Positions 44,659-55,818 of a stretch of 59,120 bases of DNA are shown piece after piece. The notes under the pieces were generated by a model, which made no database searches, was not told the origin of the DNA, and worked only from the letters and a program-made list of their open reading frames with translations. Origin of the DNA: a virus (Duplodnaviria > Caudoviricetes); the IMG/VR virus record IMGVR_UViG_3300023180_000059, positions 1-59,120 of that record; one strand, written 5' to 3'. Position 1 is the stretch's first letter. Every line of letters begins with the position of its first letter. Made by a program: the position numbers and the translations under genes.

Positions 44659-46774
44659 TGGCTGGAATAAAAGAGGTTAAAGGATATGACGACTCCGTAA
44701 TTAATATCTGTGCAAACGACAGTGAGGGTGATATCATAGAACTTTCCGGGCTATATATACAACTTCCTAAAGTTCCCGATATGGGAACTATTTTGTTTTC
44801 CGAACTACCTAAAGAGGATCAGTGTTGGAGGAGGATACCCATGCCCCAAGAGATGTCTCGTATACGCTCCATGGATGAGTGGTTGGAAATGCCTAAAGAG
44901 TTTAGGAATAGATACCTTCCCTACATCCAACAAGAATTTGAGCGTAGGAATAATGGGGTTTGGTTTATGAATAATGGTGTACCCACCTATCTAACAGGTA
45001 GACACTACATGATGCTCCAATGGTCAAAGCTCGATATTGGATATCCATATTACTTGGAATTTCAACAAAGACTTTTTGTTCATCAAAAAGCATGTGAGGT
45101 AGACCCCCGATCACTAGGTCAAGTATATACCAAGTGTCGCCGTAGTGGGTATACTAATATGAGTGCATGTACGCTAGTAGATGAGGGAACACAGGTAAAG
45201 GAAAAATTACTTGGACTACAATCCAAGACGGGTAAGGATGCTCAAGAAAATATCTTCATGAAGAAGATTGTTTCAATATTTAAATCCTACCCATTCTTTT
45301 TCAAGCCTATTCAAGATGGTACGACCAACCCTCGTATGGAGCTTGCGTTCCGAGAACCCGCAAAACGAATCACCAAGAAGAATAAAACTGCTCAACAAGG
45401 CGAAGCCCTTAACACCATAATCAATTGGAAGAACACAACGAATAACGCTTACGATGGTGAGAAACTACACATGCTTTATTTAGATGAGGCAGGTAAATGG
45501 GAGAAGCCTACCGACATCCGTGAGGCATGGCGTATCCAAAGAACATGTCTTATTGTAGGTCGTAGGGTGATTGGGAAATGCTTGATGGGTTCTACTGTGA
45601 ATCCAATGAATAAGGGAGGAAAAGAATATAAAGAACTCTGGCAAGACAGTAGTCCCTACCAACGAAATAAAAACGGAAGGACTCGATCGGGTCTATATAG
45701 AATATTCATTCCTTCCTATGAAGCACTCGAAGGGTTTTTTGATATATACGGAAATCCAGTAATTGACGACCCGGACCAACCTATCGAAGGTATTGACGGA
45801 GAGTTGATCGATATGGGAGCAAAGACATTTTTAAAAAACGAAAGAGACTCTTTAAAGAATGACCATTCGGAATTAAACGAGGTTATTCGACAGTTCCCTT
45901 TTACGAGGACGAAGCCTTCCGTGATAGTATACAGGGGTCTCTTTTTAATCTTACGAAGATATATGAGCAGATAAGTTATAACGACAACCTTTTTCCTAAT
46001 CCAATTGTAAGAGGTAACTTTGTTTGGAAAGACGGAGTACAAGACACGAAGGTTGTCTTTAACCCAGATATTAATGGGCGGTTTCATATATCTTGGCTTC
46101 CCCCAGCCGATATGCGAAACAACATGGTTATAGAGCGAGGTATCAAGAAACCTGGAAATGCTCATATCGGTGTTGGCGGGGTCGATAGTTACGACCTCGA
46201 TGCTACGCTTGATGGTAGAGGTTCTAAAGGTGCTATGCATCTTTATAATAAATTCAACCTTGCCTGCCCTTCTAATATGTTTGTGGTCGAATATGCATCA
46301 AGACCTCCACTAGCAAAAATATTTTACGAGGATGTATTAATGTGTTCGGTGTTCTATGGTTACCCACTGCTCATAGAAAATAACAAGTATGGTATCGTAA
46401 GATATTTTGAGCAACGAGGATATGATGGTTACATCATGGATAGACCTCAACATCTAACCTCAACTTCTGCCCGGGTAAATGTAAAGACCAAGGGTATCCC
46501 ATCTAACTCGGCGGATGTTATCCAAGCTCATGCTCAAGCCGTGGAAGAATACATACACAACTATGTAGGGACAAATGATAATGACGGGAGTATTGGTAAC
46601 ATGTATTTTTCTCGAACCCTAGAAGATTGGATCGGGTTTAAGATTGATAATCGTACAAAATACGATTTAACAATTTCGAGTGGTCTTGCTTTATTGGGGG
46701 CACAAAAAGTCAAGCAAGAAAAAAAGCAGTCGGACTTTAGCGAGAAAAAGTTTTTTAGAAGGTACAAGCTCTAG
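44658..46774 (+). CDS. terL: Terminase large subunit, interrupted by a -1 frameshift at ~45902
   Basis: KCRRSGYT Walker A and LYLDEAGK Walker B in the first frame; GGVDSYD, IENNK and KYDLTISSGLAL nuclease motifs in the second frame, which is open from before 45905. Confidence 0.85.
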
Positions 46775-46805
46775 TACCCTAGGGTATTGACCTTGTATTA
46801 ATTGG

Positions 46806-46813
46806 TATATTTG
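46806..46813 (+). promoter_or_regulatory. Bacteroidetes -7 promoter TATATTTG
   Basis: TAnnTTTG upstream of the portal gene. Confidence 0.65.
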
Positions 46814-46837
46814 CATGAATAACTATTATCTCACGAA

Positions 46838-49276
46838 ATGTTTGATAATCCACAAGAAAACGAAAGGTACGGCAACTTTCCTGATCCATTGGCTTCACCT
46901 GAAATTAAGGCGAGTAATTCCTATGGGTTAAAATACGCCAAGGCTATTGAGGGTCAATGGGGGAGTTCGGATGACGAGGGTTCGTTATATTACCGAAGAA
47001 AAAAAGAATTTGAGACCAATCGTGATTATGCGAATGGTACTCAAGACACATCTCGATACAAGCAAATTCTAAACAGTCTCGACCCAAATAATGGGGATGG
47101 ATCGTTATTGAATCTTGATTGGTCACCCGTACCGATCATCCCAAAGTTTGTCAAAATTGTAGTCAACAAAATCTTGTCGGCTGATCCGTATCCAAATGTG
47201 GAGGCAGTCGATCCTTTGTCACAAACAGAGAAGGACAAGAGAAAAAATAAACTCAAAGGTCAAATCATGACCCGCGACTTCTTGATGAAAGCCAAGGAGA
47301 TGGGGGTAGACATGGACTATGACCCGGAGGCTATCCCCGAAAGTTTAGAGGAAGCCGAAATATTCATGGACACCAATGTTAAAACCGAAGCAGAGGTTGC
47401 TGCACAGATAGCAACGAAGATGACTTTGGATTGGAACAATTTCCATGACACCACATATCGTAGAGCGGTCACTGATCTTGTTACAAATGGTATGGCGGTC
47501 GTTAAAAGAAACAACGACCCTAACTATGGTATCGTAGAGGAATATGTAGACCCGTCTTATTTCATCCATAGTTACACCGAAGACCACAACTTCGATGACA
47601 TGGTTTATGCTGGACACATTAAGCGCATCACCATCCAAGAACTAAAGCGTATTGCAGGAGATCAGTTCGATGAAGAGACCTACGAGAAAATAGCAAAAAC
47701 TGTTCGAAACCGATTCCAAAACAATCCGAGTAGACTTACACATTCTTACTACGATAAGAACCTACAACGAGCAACATACGGATACGATGAGTATTTCGTT
47801 GAGGTGCTAGACTTTGAATTCTTATCTATAGACAAGATGTTCTTTGAAGAGAAAGAAACTCGTCATGGACACACAGGGTTCTACTTTAAAGGAGCGGAAT
47901 ACAAAGCACCTGCGGAAAGCGTGTTCTCACGCCAACCTTATTGCATGACCAACACAACTCTTTATGGAGGAACATTTGTTATCGGGACGAAGCACATCTT
48001 CAACTACGGAATCAAGAAAAATATTCCGAAGAATATCCATGACATTACAAGGACTCGATTGTCTTACAATGTTATAAGCACGAACCTTCGCCGTATGATG
48101 CCGAAGTCTTTGGTTTCAGGCATCATTAGTTTCGCCGATCAGTTGCAGTTGTCTCATTTGAAACTACAACAAGCAATTGCTAAAGCAAAACCAGATGGTC
48201 TAATCATTGACATCGAAGGATTGGAGAATGTGCAGTTGGGTCGTAGTGGAAGCCTAGAGCCTCTAGAATTACAAGACATCTACGAACAAACGGGTGTTTT
48301 CTACTACCGAAGTAAGAACCCAGAGGGTGGATTCCAAAACCCACCTGTTCGAGCAATCGACAATCAAATTAGAAACATCAACGAGCTTATTGGTATATAC
48401 AACCATAACCTACGCATGATTCGTGATGCTACAGGTATCAACGAAGTAATGGATGGTACATCTCCTAAAGGGGATCAGTTAGTGGGTGTTCGCCAACAAC
48501 AACTTGCGGCGGGTAACAACGCAATATATGATATCACTCATTCAGCACAAGTTCTCTACAAGCGTGTTGCTGAAGATATCATTAAGTGTTTGCAAATCAT
48601 TCCGCAAGAAAGCGTTCTATATCGAATCTATGCAAACGCTATAGGAGAGACAAACATGAGTATCTTAAATAGTTTTAAGGACTTACCTATGTACAACTTT
48701 GGTGTTCGTATTGTTTCGGCGATGGACGATCTCGACAGACAATACATGGAGCAAAACATCCAGATTGCTTTAGGACAACAAGAGATAGACCTAGAGGATG
48801 CTATTGCTATTCGCAACCTTCGAGATATAGATCAGGCTGAAAGACTGCTCATTCTACGAAGAAAAAAACGACTCAAGCAAAAGCAACAGGCTCAAATGCA
48901 AAATATCCAAGCACAAGCACAAGCCAATGCTCAAACACAACAACAATCCACACAATTGGAGTTGCAGAAGAAGCAGGCTGAAGTACAATTGGAAATGCAG
49001 AAGATTCAGATGGAAGCCAAGATTAAGGCTCAAATGATGCAGTTGCAACATCAATACGATAAAGAGATTCAAGCAATGAAGTCTCAAATTGTGTTGGCGC
49101 AAACACAAGGAGGTAATTCATTCCGTCAAAACCTTGAGTCTATGAAGGAAGATCGAAAAGATGAGCGTGTTGAAAAACAAGCGGTTGAGCAGTCTAAACT
49201 AATCTCACAACGCCAAGGCAAAAGAGACGAGTTGGAGGACACGGATGATTTGGCTCAAATTTTTAACAATCAATAA
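46838..49276 (+). CDS. Portal protein
   Basis: 812 aa after terminase; PIIPKFVKIVVN, IRDATGINE, Gln-rich C-terminal barrel. Confidence 0.85.
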   Translation: MFDNPQENERYGNFPDPLASPEIKASNSYGLKYAKAIEGQWGSSDDEGSLYYRRKKEFETNRDYANGTQDTSRYKQILNSLDPNNGDGSLLNLDWSPVPIIPKFVKIVVNKILSADPYPNVEAVDPLSQTEKDKRKNKLKGQIMTRDFLMKAKEMGVDMDYDPEAIPESLEEAEIFMDTNVKTEAEVAAQIATKMTLDWNNFHDTTYRRAVTDLVTNGMAVVKRNNDPNYGIVEEYVDPSYFIHSYTEDHNFDDMVYAGHIKRITIQELKRIAGDQFDEETYEKIAKTVRNRFQNNPSRLTHSYYDKNLQRATYGYDEYFVEVLDFEFLSIDKMFFEEKETRHGHTGFYFKGAEYKAPAESVFSRQPYCMTNTTLYGGTFVIGTKHIFNYGIKKNIPKNIHDITRTRLSYNVISTNLRRMMPKSLVSGIISFADQLQLSHLKLQQAIAKAKPDGLIIDIEGLENVQLGRSGSLEPLELQDIYEQTGVFYYRSKNPEGGFQNPPVRAIDNQIRNINELIGIYNHNLRMIRDATGINEVMDGTSPKGDQLVGVRQQQLAAGNNAIYDITHSAQVLYKRVAEDIIKCLQIIPQESVLYRIYANAIGETNMSILNSFKDLPMYNFGVRIVSAMDDLDRQYMEQNIQIALGQQEIDLEDAIAIRNLRDIDQAERLLILRRKKRLKQKQQAQMQNIQAQAQANAQTQQQSTQLELQKKQAEVQLEMQKIQMEAKIKAQMMQLQHQYDKEIQAMKSQIVLAQTQGGNSFRQNLESMKEDRKDERVEKQAVEQSKLISQRQGKRDELEDTDDLAQIFNNQ

Positions 49277-49293
49277 GTTAGTACCTTTGCAAT

Positions 49294-49680
49294 ATGGCTC
49301 TTACGATAAACCTCGATACCGCTCAAAGACTAGACATCACCTGTAGAAAGGGCGATAGTTTTAATCTTGAGTTGACCTTTACGGACGACTCTGGAACCGC
49401 TATTGACCTATCTGATTATTCATTTAAAATGGATGTGCGTGAAAGCGACACGGCTTCTAGTACAATATTAGAAGACACCTCTTTTTCATATACAGTGAGT
49501 GGAGATGATAGCAACACGCTAACAGTTGCTGCCGCCGGGTCTACCATGGAGGGAGTTGATGGAGGCATGTATGTATATGACATCCAATCAGATTCTGATG
49601 GGGACGATGACTCTTCCACAGGGACAATTAAAACATGGCTGTACGGAATATTTAAAGTGAACGAGGACATCACACTATAA
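49294..49680 (+). CDS. BppU-like structural/adaptor protein
   Basis: KGDSF..L...IDLSDY...YVYDIQ...GIFKVNEDIT; TACCTTTG promoter at 49282. Confidence 0.65.
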   Translation: MALTINLDTAQRLDITCRKGDSFNLELTFTDDSGTAIDLSDYSFKMDVRESDTASSTILEDTSFSYTVSGDDSNTLTVAAAGSTMEGVDGGMYVYDIQSDSDGDDDSSTGTIKTWLYGIFKVNEDITL

Positions 49681-49985
49681 TGGCTAAAATAACAGTAAAA
49701 CAAGGGGATTCTTCTGCAATATCAATCAATAGTAGGACTGTAAACCCTACGAAGATTAGTATTTCAGGCATCGCTACAAGTAGCGGTGGCGATAAGACCT
49801 ATACTCACGATCAGAGTTCTGCTTCGGATACTTGGGTAATCACCCATAATCTAGGTAAGAACGCCTCGGTTACTGTGGTCAATTCCGCCAATACAGTCAT
49901 TTTGTGTGAGGTTACTTATGATTCTTTAAATCAAGTCACGCTAACCTTTGACTCGGCTACCGCCGGAAAAGCGTATCTAAATTAG
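49680..49985 (+). CDS. Tail-fibre-associated small structural protein
   Basis: YTHDQSSASDTWVITHNLGK...VTLTF...GKAYLN. Confidence 0.65.
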   Translation: MAKITVKQGDSSAISINSRTVNPTKISISGIATSSGGDKTYTHDQSSASDTWVITHNLGKNASVTVVNSANTVILCEVTYDSLNQVTLTFDSATAGKAYLN

Positions 49986-50018
49986 TATTAAATTTGTAGG
50001 ACAATAAAAATATAAACC

Positions 50019-51506
50019 ATGGCTTTAAAAATTGTATCGGGGATAGAAGTAACGAGTATATCGTTAAGCTCGTATCTAGACCTAGCGAAGAATGAACTTC
50101 GCAACGCAACAATCCAAAATCTTTCTACGACAGAGATTGGCGCAATCGCTAGTCCAGTGCAAGGACAGTTTGTGTATGACAGCACACTTGATAAATTAAA
50201 AGTGTATGACGGATCGGCTTGGGTTTTAGTAGGTGCTGCCCCTGATGACACTTCTATTGAGTTGTCAAGCAATACGCTTTCTATTAAAGCCGGTGGTGTA
50301 GATACCACAGAACTTGCTGATGACGCAGTAACCGCTGCGAAAATTGATGACAATGCAGTAGGTATTGCAGCGTTGAATGTAACGGATGGTACGAACGGAC
50401 AGGTTCTTACTACCAATGGATCGGGAACACTATCGTTCACAGACCAAATTGATGCTGATGTTACAGTTGAAAACCTCACGACAAAGTTGGCTCAAATTAG
50501 TGGGAACTATACACTTGGGGATGCTACCGATGTTACCGCAACTTTTGCAGGTGGCGTTACTATTACTGGAGACTTAACAGTAAATGGTACGACTACAACT
50601 GTTAACTCTACGACAACGACACTTGATGACCCAATCATCACATTGGGTGGAGATTCTGCGCCAACGGGTGACGACAACAAAGACCGCGGGGTTGAGTTCC
50701 GTTACTACGACACTGCGGCTCGTCTTGGTTTCTTCGGTTATGATGACTCGCTTCGTAAGTTCGTAGCATATGTAAACGCCACTAATGATGCTGAAACATT
50801 TAGTGGTGACTTTGTACCAGCTCAATTTGCTGAAATTCAAGGTACTACAATCAATGCTACAAGTCAATTCCAAATTAATGGAAGTGCAATTACATCTTCT
50901 GCGGCTGAACTAAACATCCTTGATGGTGTTACCGCATCTACTGCGGAAATCAACAAGTTGGATGGTGTTACCGCCTCCACCGATGAATTGAATATTCTTG
51001 ATGGTGTAACGGCAACCGCTTCTGAACTTAACATTCTTGATGGCGTAACGGCTACGACTGCAGAGTTGAACTATGTAGATGGAGTTACTTCTGCTATCCA
51101 AACACAATTGGATGGTAAGCAACCAACTATCACAGGTGCTGCTACTACCATTGATGACACAGACTTAACTGCGTCTCGTGCATTGGTTTCAAATTCTAGT
51201 GGTAAGGTTGCTGTATCAGCAGTAACATCTACGGAACTAGGATATCTAGATGGTGTTACCTCTGCAGTACAAACGCAACTTAACAATAAGCCTGACTTCT
51301 ACAGCGGTAGTGTTACAGTCTCTAGTGGATCAGGAAGTGTTTCATTTAGCACCCACGGAATTGGTTGGCCGGCATTCGTACAATTGTATGATGAAAATGG
51401 TCGCCTAGTACTTGCCGATGTTCAACAAACAACTGAAGGCGAGAACGATATCACGATTACTGCATCTGATGCGAGCTACACTGTAGTTATTCAGGGCGCA
51501 GCATAA
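50019..51506 (+). CDS. Tail fibre protein with 13-aa ELNILDGVTA repeats
   Basis: Five tandem repeats at ~50900-51090; GDLTVNGTTTTVNS motif. Confidence 0.75.
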   Translation: MALKIVSGIEVTSISLSSYLDLAKNELRNATIQNLSTTEIGAIASPVQGQFVYDSTLDKLKVYDGSAWVLVGAAPDDTSIELSSNTLSIKAGGVDTTELADDAVTAAKIDDNAVGIAALNVTDGTNGQVLTTNGSGTLSFTDQIDADVTVENLTTKLAQISGNYTLGDATDVTATFAGGVTITGDLTVNGTTTTVNSTTTTLDDPIITLGGDSAPTGDDNKDRGVEFRYYDTAARLGFFGYDDSLRKFVAYVNATNDAETFSGDFVPAQFAEIQGTTINATSQFQINGSAITSSAAELNILDGVTASTAEINKLDGVTASTDELNILDGVTATASELNILDGVTATTAELNYVDGVTSAIQTQLDGKQPTITGAATTIDDTDLTASRALVSNSSGKVAVSAVTSTELGYLDGVTSAVQTQLNNKPDFYSGSVTVSSGSGSVSFSTHGIGWPAFVQLYDENGRLVLADVQQTTEGENDITITASDASYTVVIQGAA

Positions 51507-51539
51507 TTGTGAAATTTAGTAAATTAGTATCCTAACATG

Positions 51540-51567
51540 AGGGGGAGGGAATACCCTCCCCTTTTTT
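51540..51567 (+). terminator. Rho-independent terminator
   Basis: ggggaggg-aata-ccctcccc plus T tract. Confidence 0.8.
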
Positions 51568-51577
51568 ATAGAATCAT

Positions 51578-54562
51578 ATGGCTCTCAAAATAAATTCTAC
51601 TGTAGACCTAACTGGCAAACTACAAGTTGCTGGGTCGGATGTTATAAACGCTTCTGGCGAATGGACTGGCTCTAGTTCAGGCTTAAAAGGAGAGCCTGGA
51701 GACAAAGGACAAAAAGGAGCAGGGGGTGCTAACGGAAGTGATGGATCTGACGGGAGCAAAGGTCAAAAAGGTGAGGTTGGAGACAAGGGTCAACCCGGTG
51801 CTGATGGAAGTAACGGCTCGGCAGGTACGGACGGAAGCAAAGGTCAAAAAGGGCAAAAGGGCGAAGTCGGTGCTGACGGGAGTAATGGATCAGATGGTGT
51901 TGACGGCTCTAAAGGTCAGAAGGGGGAGAAAGGACAAAAGGGTGAAGTCGGTACTGACGGAAGCGATGGTATTGATGGAGATAAAGGACAAAAGGGCGAT
52001 AAAGGTCAAAAGGGTGAAGCCGGATCTAATGGTTCGGACGGAACGGATGGAAGCAAAGGAGACAAGGGGGATCGTGGTAGTGCAGGTTCTGATGGGAGCA
52101 ACGGATCAGACGGAGCAAAAGGAGAAAAGGGTCAGAAGGGGCAGACCGGGAACCAAGGTCCAGCAGGTAACGATGGAAACTTTGGAGGTGCTTCCTTCAA
52201 CTACAATTTTAGTGGGGAAACTGAATTAGTAGACCCTGGAGATAGTAATATTCGTTTTAACAACACAACACTTTCTTCGGCAACAAAATTATTATTAGAC
52301 GACACGGATGCGAGCTCTACCGACATCCAATCATATTTAAGAACTATTGACGACAGCACTTCGACTGTTAAAGGTCATGTTCGTGTTTCAAAAGAATTTG
52401 ATAGTACAGCATACGCACTATACCAAATAACTGCTCTAGGCGAAAAAACAGGATATTTTGAGGTTACTGTTTCACATGCTTCTTCTTCTGCGTCTAGTCC
52501 GTTTGGGGACAGTGATTCTTTAATTGTAACATTTGCTCGTACTGGAGACCAAGGAGATAAGGGTCAAAAAGGTGAAGCGGGAACAGACGGCACTGACGGG
52601 AGCAAAGGACAGAAGGGTGAAGCGGGTGCTAATGGTTCGGACGGCTCTAACGGAAGTGACGGAGATAAAGGTCAGAAAGGACAAAAGGGCGAAGCCGGAG
52701 TAGACGGAAGCAACGGATCAGACGGAGCGGACGGCAGTAAAGGAGAGAAAGGTCAGAAAGGCGAAGCCGGCGCAGACGGAAGTAACGGAAGCGACGGGGA
52801 CAAAGGACAAAAAGGTCAAAAGGGACAAACAGGTAGCAACGGAACGGCTGCTACTATTGCTATTGGAGAAGTTAGCACGGGCACTGAAGGAAGTGAAGCA
52901 AGTGTAAGTAATAGCGGTACATCTACAGCAGCCACATTTGACTTTTCAATTCCTGTTGGAGCAACAGGTAGTAAGGGACAAAAAGGCGAAGCCGGTGCAA
53001 ATGGAAGCGATGGAACGGACGGCGACAAGGGGCAAAAGGGTGCTGCTGGTAGTAACGGAAGTGACGGAAGTGACGGAAGCAAAGGCGAAAAGGGAGAGAA
53101 AGGTCAAAAAGGTCAGACAGGAACGGCTGGTACCGATGGCTCGGCTGGTACCGATGGGAGCAAGGGAGACAAGGGTCAGAAGGGTGAAGCCGGCGCAGAT
53201 GGTAGCAATGGTGCTAACGGATCAGATGGGGTAGATGGTAGCAAAGGGCAGAAGGGTCAAAAGGGACAAACCGGTACCGCTGCTACTATTGCTGTCGGAG
53301 AGGTTAGTGCTGGTGCAGAAGGCACAGAGCCGAGTGTGACAAACACAGGGACTTCTAGTGCTGCAACATTTAACTTCACTATTCCTGTTGGAGCAACTGG
53401 TAGTAAAGGTCAGAAAGGAGAGGCTGGTTCTAATGGTTCAGATGGAACGGACGGCGACAAGGGGCAGAAAGGCGAAGCCGGGTCTAATGGTTCAGATGGT
53501 ACTGATGGTAGCAAGGGGCAGAAAGGCGAAGCCGGGTCTAATGGTTCAGATGGAACGGATGGTTCTAAAGGGCAAAAAGGAGAGGCTGGTTCAAACGGGT
53601 CAGATGGTAGTGATGGTAGCAAAGGTCAAAAAGGTGAGGCTGGAGCCAATGGATCAGATGGTAGTGACGGAACAGATGGATCGAAAGGGCAGAAAGGTGA
53701 ACCCGGCGCAGATGGTGGTGCCGGACCCGAAGGACCAGCCGGTGGTGACGGGAGTAAAGGTCAGAAGGGTGAACCTGGATCAAATGGTAGTGCCGGATCC
53801 GATGGTACTGATGGGGATAAAGGACAAAAAGGAGAACCTGGTGCAGACGGCGGTGCCGGACCCGAAGGACCAGCCGGGGGCGATGGGTCTAAAGGTCAAA
53901 AGGGAGAACCTGGTAGCGATGGGTCTAATGGTTCAGATGGTACAGACGGAAGCAAGGGACAAAAGGGTGAACCTGGTGCCGATGGTGGTGCTGGACCCGA
54001 AGGACCAGCCGGGGGCGATGGAACGGACGGCGACAAGGGGCAAAAGGGCGAACCTGGAGCCAATGGATCAGACGGCTCGGCTGGTAGTGATGGTGCGGAT
54101 GGTGACAAGGGGCAAAAGGGTGAACCTGGTGCAGATGGTTCAAATGGCTCGGACGGGGCAAAAGGAGAACCTGGTGGATTTACAACCAACTCAAACGCTC
54201 AAGTAAGTAGCCTTGGTGTAGGTACTGCGGCTTCAGGAACGAGTGGACACATTCGTGCTACTAACGATATTGTTGCATACTACTCTTCCGATGAGCGGTT
54301 GAAGGCTAATGTAAAACCCATTGAGTCTGCTCTAGATAAGGTACGCTCTATAAGTGGTGTTGAATTTGATTGGATTGAAAATAGCGACCTACACCCTAAT
54401 ACCGGACATGATGTAGGTGTTATAGCTCAACAAATTATGAAGGTGCTTCCAGAGGTGGTTACACAAAGAGATAATGGTTACTATGCCGTGCGCTATGACA
54501 AAGTAATAGCACTGCTCATCCAAGCAATTAAAGAGTTAGACGAGGCTTGTCCTAAAAAGTAA
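51578..54562 (+). CDS. Collagen-like tail fibre with C-terminal peptidase S74 chaperone
   Basis: Long Gly-X-Y blocks (GSKGQKGEAG...); YSSDERLKANV...GVIAQ chaperone. Confidence 0.9.
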   Translation: MALKINSTVDLTGKLQVAGSDVINASGEWTGSSSGLKGEPGDKGQKGAGGANGSDGSDGSKGQKGEVGDKGQPGADGSNGSAGTDGSKGQKGQKGEVGADGSNGSDGVDGSKGQKGEKGQKGEVGTDGSDGIDGDKGQKGDKGQKGEAGSNGSDGTDGSKGDKGDRGSAGSDGSNGSDGAKGEKGQKGQTGNQGPAGNDGNFGGASFNYNFSGETELVDPGDSNIRFNNTTLSSATKLLLDDTDASSTDIQSYLRTIDDSTSTVKGHVRVSKEFDSTAYALYQITALGEKTGYFEVTVSHASSSASSPFGDSDSLIVTFARTGDQGDKGQKGEAGTDGTDGSKGQKGEAGANGSDGSNGSDGDKGQKGQKGEAGVDGSNGSDGADGSKGEKGQKGEAGADGSNGSDGDKGQKGQKGQTGSNGTAATIAIGEVSTGTEGSEASVSNSGTSTAATFDFSIPVGATGSKGQKGEAGANGSDGTDGDKGQKGAAGSNGSDGSDGSKGEKGEKGQKGQTGTAGTDGSAGTDGSKGDKGQKGEAGADGSNGANGSDGVDGSKGQKGQKGQTGTAATIAVGEVSAGAEGTEPSVTNTGTSSAATFNFTIPVGATGSKGQKGEAGSNGSDGTDGDKGQKGEAGSNGSDGTDGSKGQKGEAGSNGSDGTDGSKGQKGEAGSNGSDGSDGSKGQKGEAGANGSDGSDGTDGSKGQKGEPGADGGAGPEGPAGGDGSKGQKGEPGSNGSAGSDGTDGDKGQKGEPGADGGAGPEGPAGGDGSKGQKGEPGSDGSNGSDGTDGSKGQKGEPGADGGAGPEGPAGGDGTDGDKGQKGEPGANGSDGSAGSDGADGDKGQKGEPGADGSNGSDGAKGEPGGFTTNSNAQVSSLGVGTAASGTSGHIRATNDIVAYYSSDERLKANVKPIESALDKVRSISGVEFDWIENSDLHPNTGHDVGVIAQQIMKVLPEVVTQRDNGYYAVRYDKVIALLIQAIKELDEACPKK

Positions 54563-54565
54563 AAC

Positions 54566-55534
54566 ATGGCTTTACAGAGTAGTGGACAAATAAAATTCTC
54601 TGACCTGAACACGGAGTTTGGTAGAACATCTACGGAGGAAATAAGCCTCAATGATGCTTCTACTGGAGTGGTGGATGTAATCAACACAAACAGTTCAAGC
54701 AAACCAGATGGCGTTAAGCCTCATGCAATTAGTGAGTTTTACAGTTACGACCATAATGCAGCACCACCATATTCAAATACACACTACTATACCAATGATG
54801 GTGTGAATGATTACATTAAGGGTACTTGGAGTGGTCAGACATCGCTGCACGATAATGACTGGAGTATTAGTTTTTGGTTGAAACAAAATCAGTCAAGCAA
54901 AGCATCGCAGCAGTATGTGGATTGGAATGCTAACTCAACACTAAACAGTGGGAACACAACAAATAGGGTGATGTTTAATTATAACGGAAGCCTTAATCGA
55001 ATCATGCTCCGTATTAGAACAAGTGCATCAAACTTTGACAGACAATGGGCTTTGCATGATAATTCTAGTGTGACTGGTATTACAAGTTCTAGTACTGGCT
55101 GGACCTCGGGTCAACGAGGGAATGTAAATAGCGATGGTTTTTGTCATTTAGTAATTACATACGATGCCTCACAAAGCACTTCTACGAATGCTTTAAAAGT
55201 ATATTGGAACGGAAGTGAACTAACAAGTCAAGCCGCAGCAAACAACGGCTCTAGAAACTCTGCTACATTTGCATCTTTGTCTTTGTGTGCTGCACAGCAT
55301 AATATTAGTGGTGGTAATGCTAATGTGGAAATTGATGAGTGGGCATTCTATAATGATGTCTTAACAAGTTCCGAGGCAACGACACTCTACAACTCTGGAA
55401 CTATTGCATCTCCACACACGCTACACACTAACAACTTAAGCGAGGTAGTACAATTTGCTGGAAGCAATTCTATTAATACATATTCTAACAAGTACAGTGG
55501 TACAATCACTGGTGGCTCAACAACTGCATACTAA
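54566..55534 (+). CDS. LamG/ConA-like lectin adhesin (fibre tip)
   Basis: MALQSSGQI..S..NTEFG adaptor; DGVNDY, WSISFW, HLVITYD, IDEWAFYN..LT..E...LYN. Confidence 0.75.
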   Translation: MALQSSGQIKFSDLNTEFGRTSTEEISLNDASTGVVDVINTNSSSKPDGVKPHAISEFYSYDHNAAPPYSNTHYYTNDGVNDYIKGTWSGQTSLHDNDWSISFWLKQNQSSKASQQYVDWNANSTLNSGNTTNRVMFNYNGSLNRIMLRIRTSASNFDRQWALHDNSSVTGITSSSTGWTSGQRGNVNSDGFCHLVITYDASQSTSTNALKVYWNGSELTSQAAANNGSRNSATFASLSLCAAQHNISGGNANVEIDEWAFYNDVLTSSEATTLYNSGTIASPHTLHTNNLSEVVQFAGSNSINTYSNKYSGTITGGSTTAY

Positions 55535-55767
55535 TGAAGTACTACCTGCTTACCCCAGAACAATACGAGCTTCATAGCCACGAAACGGATCAGTATGTTG
55601 CTTGGTCTTTTGATAATTCTAAATGTATCATAGAGTGTGAAGACTCTTGCGACATTACCGATTCCCTTTTGACCTTTAATAGTGCTAACGAATGCAACGA
55701 ATGGAGGTACAACGAAGAAACCGAAGAGTGGAGAAACTGGATTAGCGAAGAGGATTATCTTTGGTGA
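55534..55767 (+). CDS. Small acidic hypothetical protein
   Basis: Coupled to the LamG gene. Confidence 0.65.
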   Translation: MKYYLLTPEQYELHSHETDQYVAWSFDNSKCIIECEDSCDITDSLLTFNSANECNEWRYNEETEEWRNWISEEDYLW

Positions 55768-55818
55768 TGTCACAATAATCGTTTAAATTAGTGACAATTA
55801 AATCTAATAAATTGTCAT

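Noticed and set aside
46112-46774. Separate nuclease gene starting at 46112
   Set aside because: The frame is open and terminase-like from ~45905, so it is the C-terminal half of terL
51726-54206. Long alternative-frame and antisense ORFs over the collagen gene
   Set aside because: Expected by-product of GGN-periodic repeats that lack stop codons; no independent motifs
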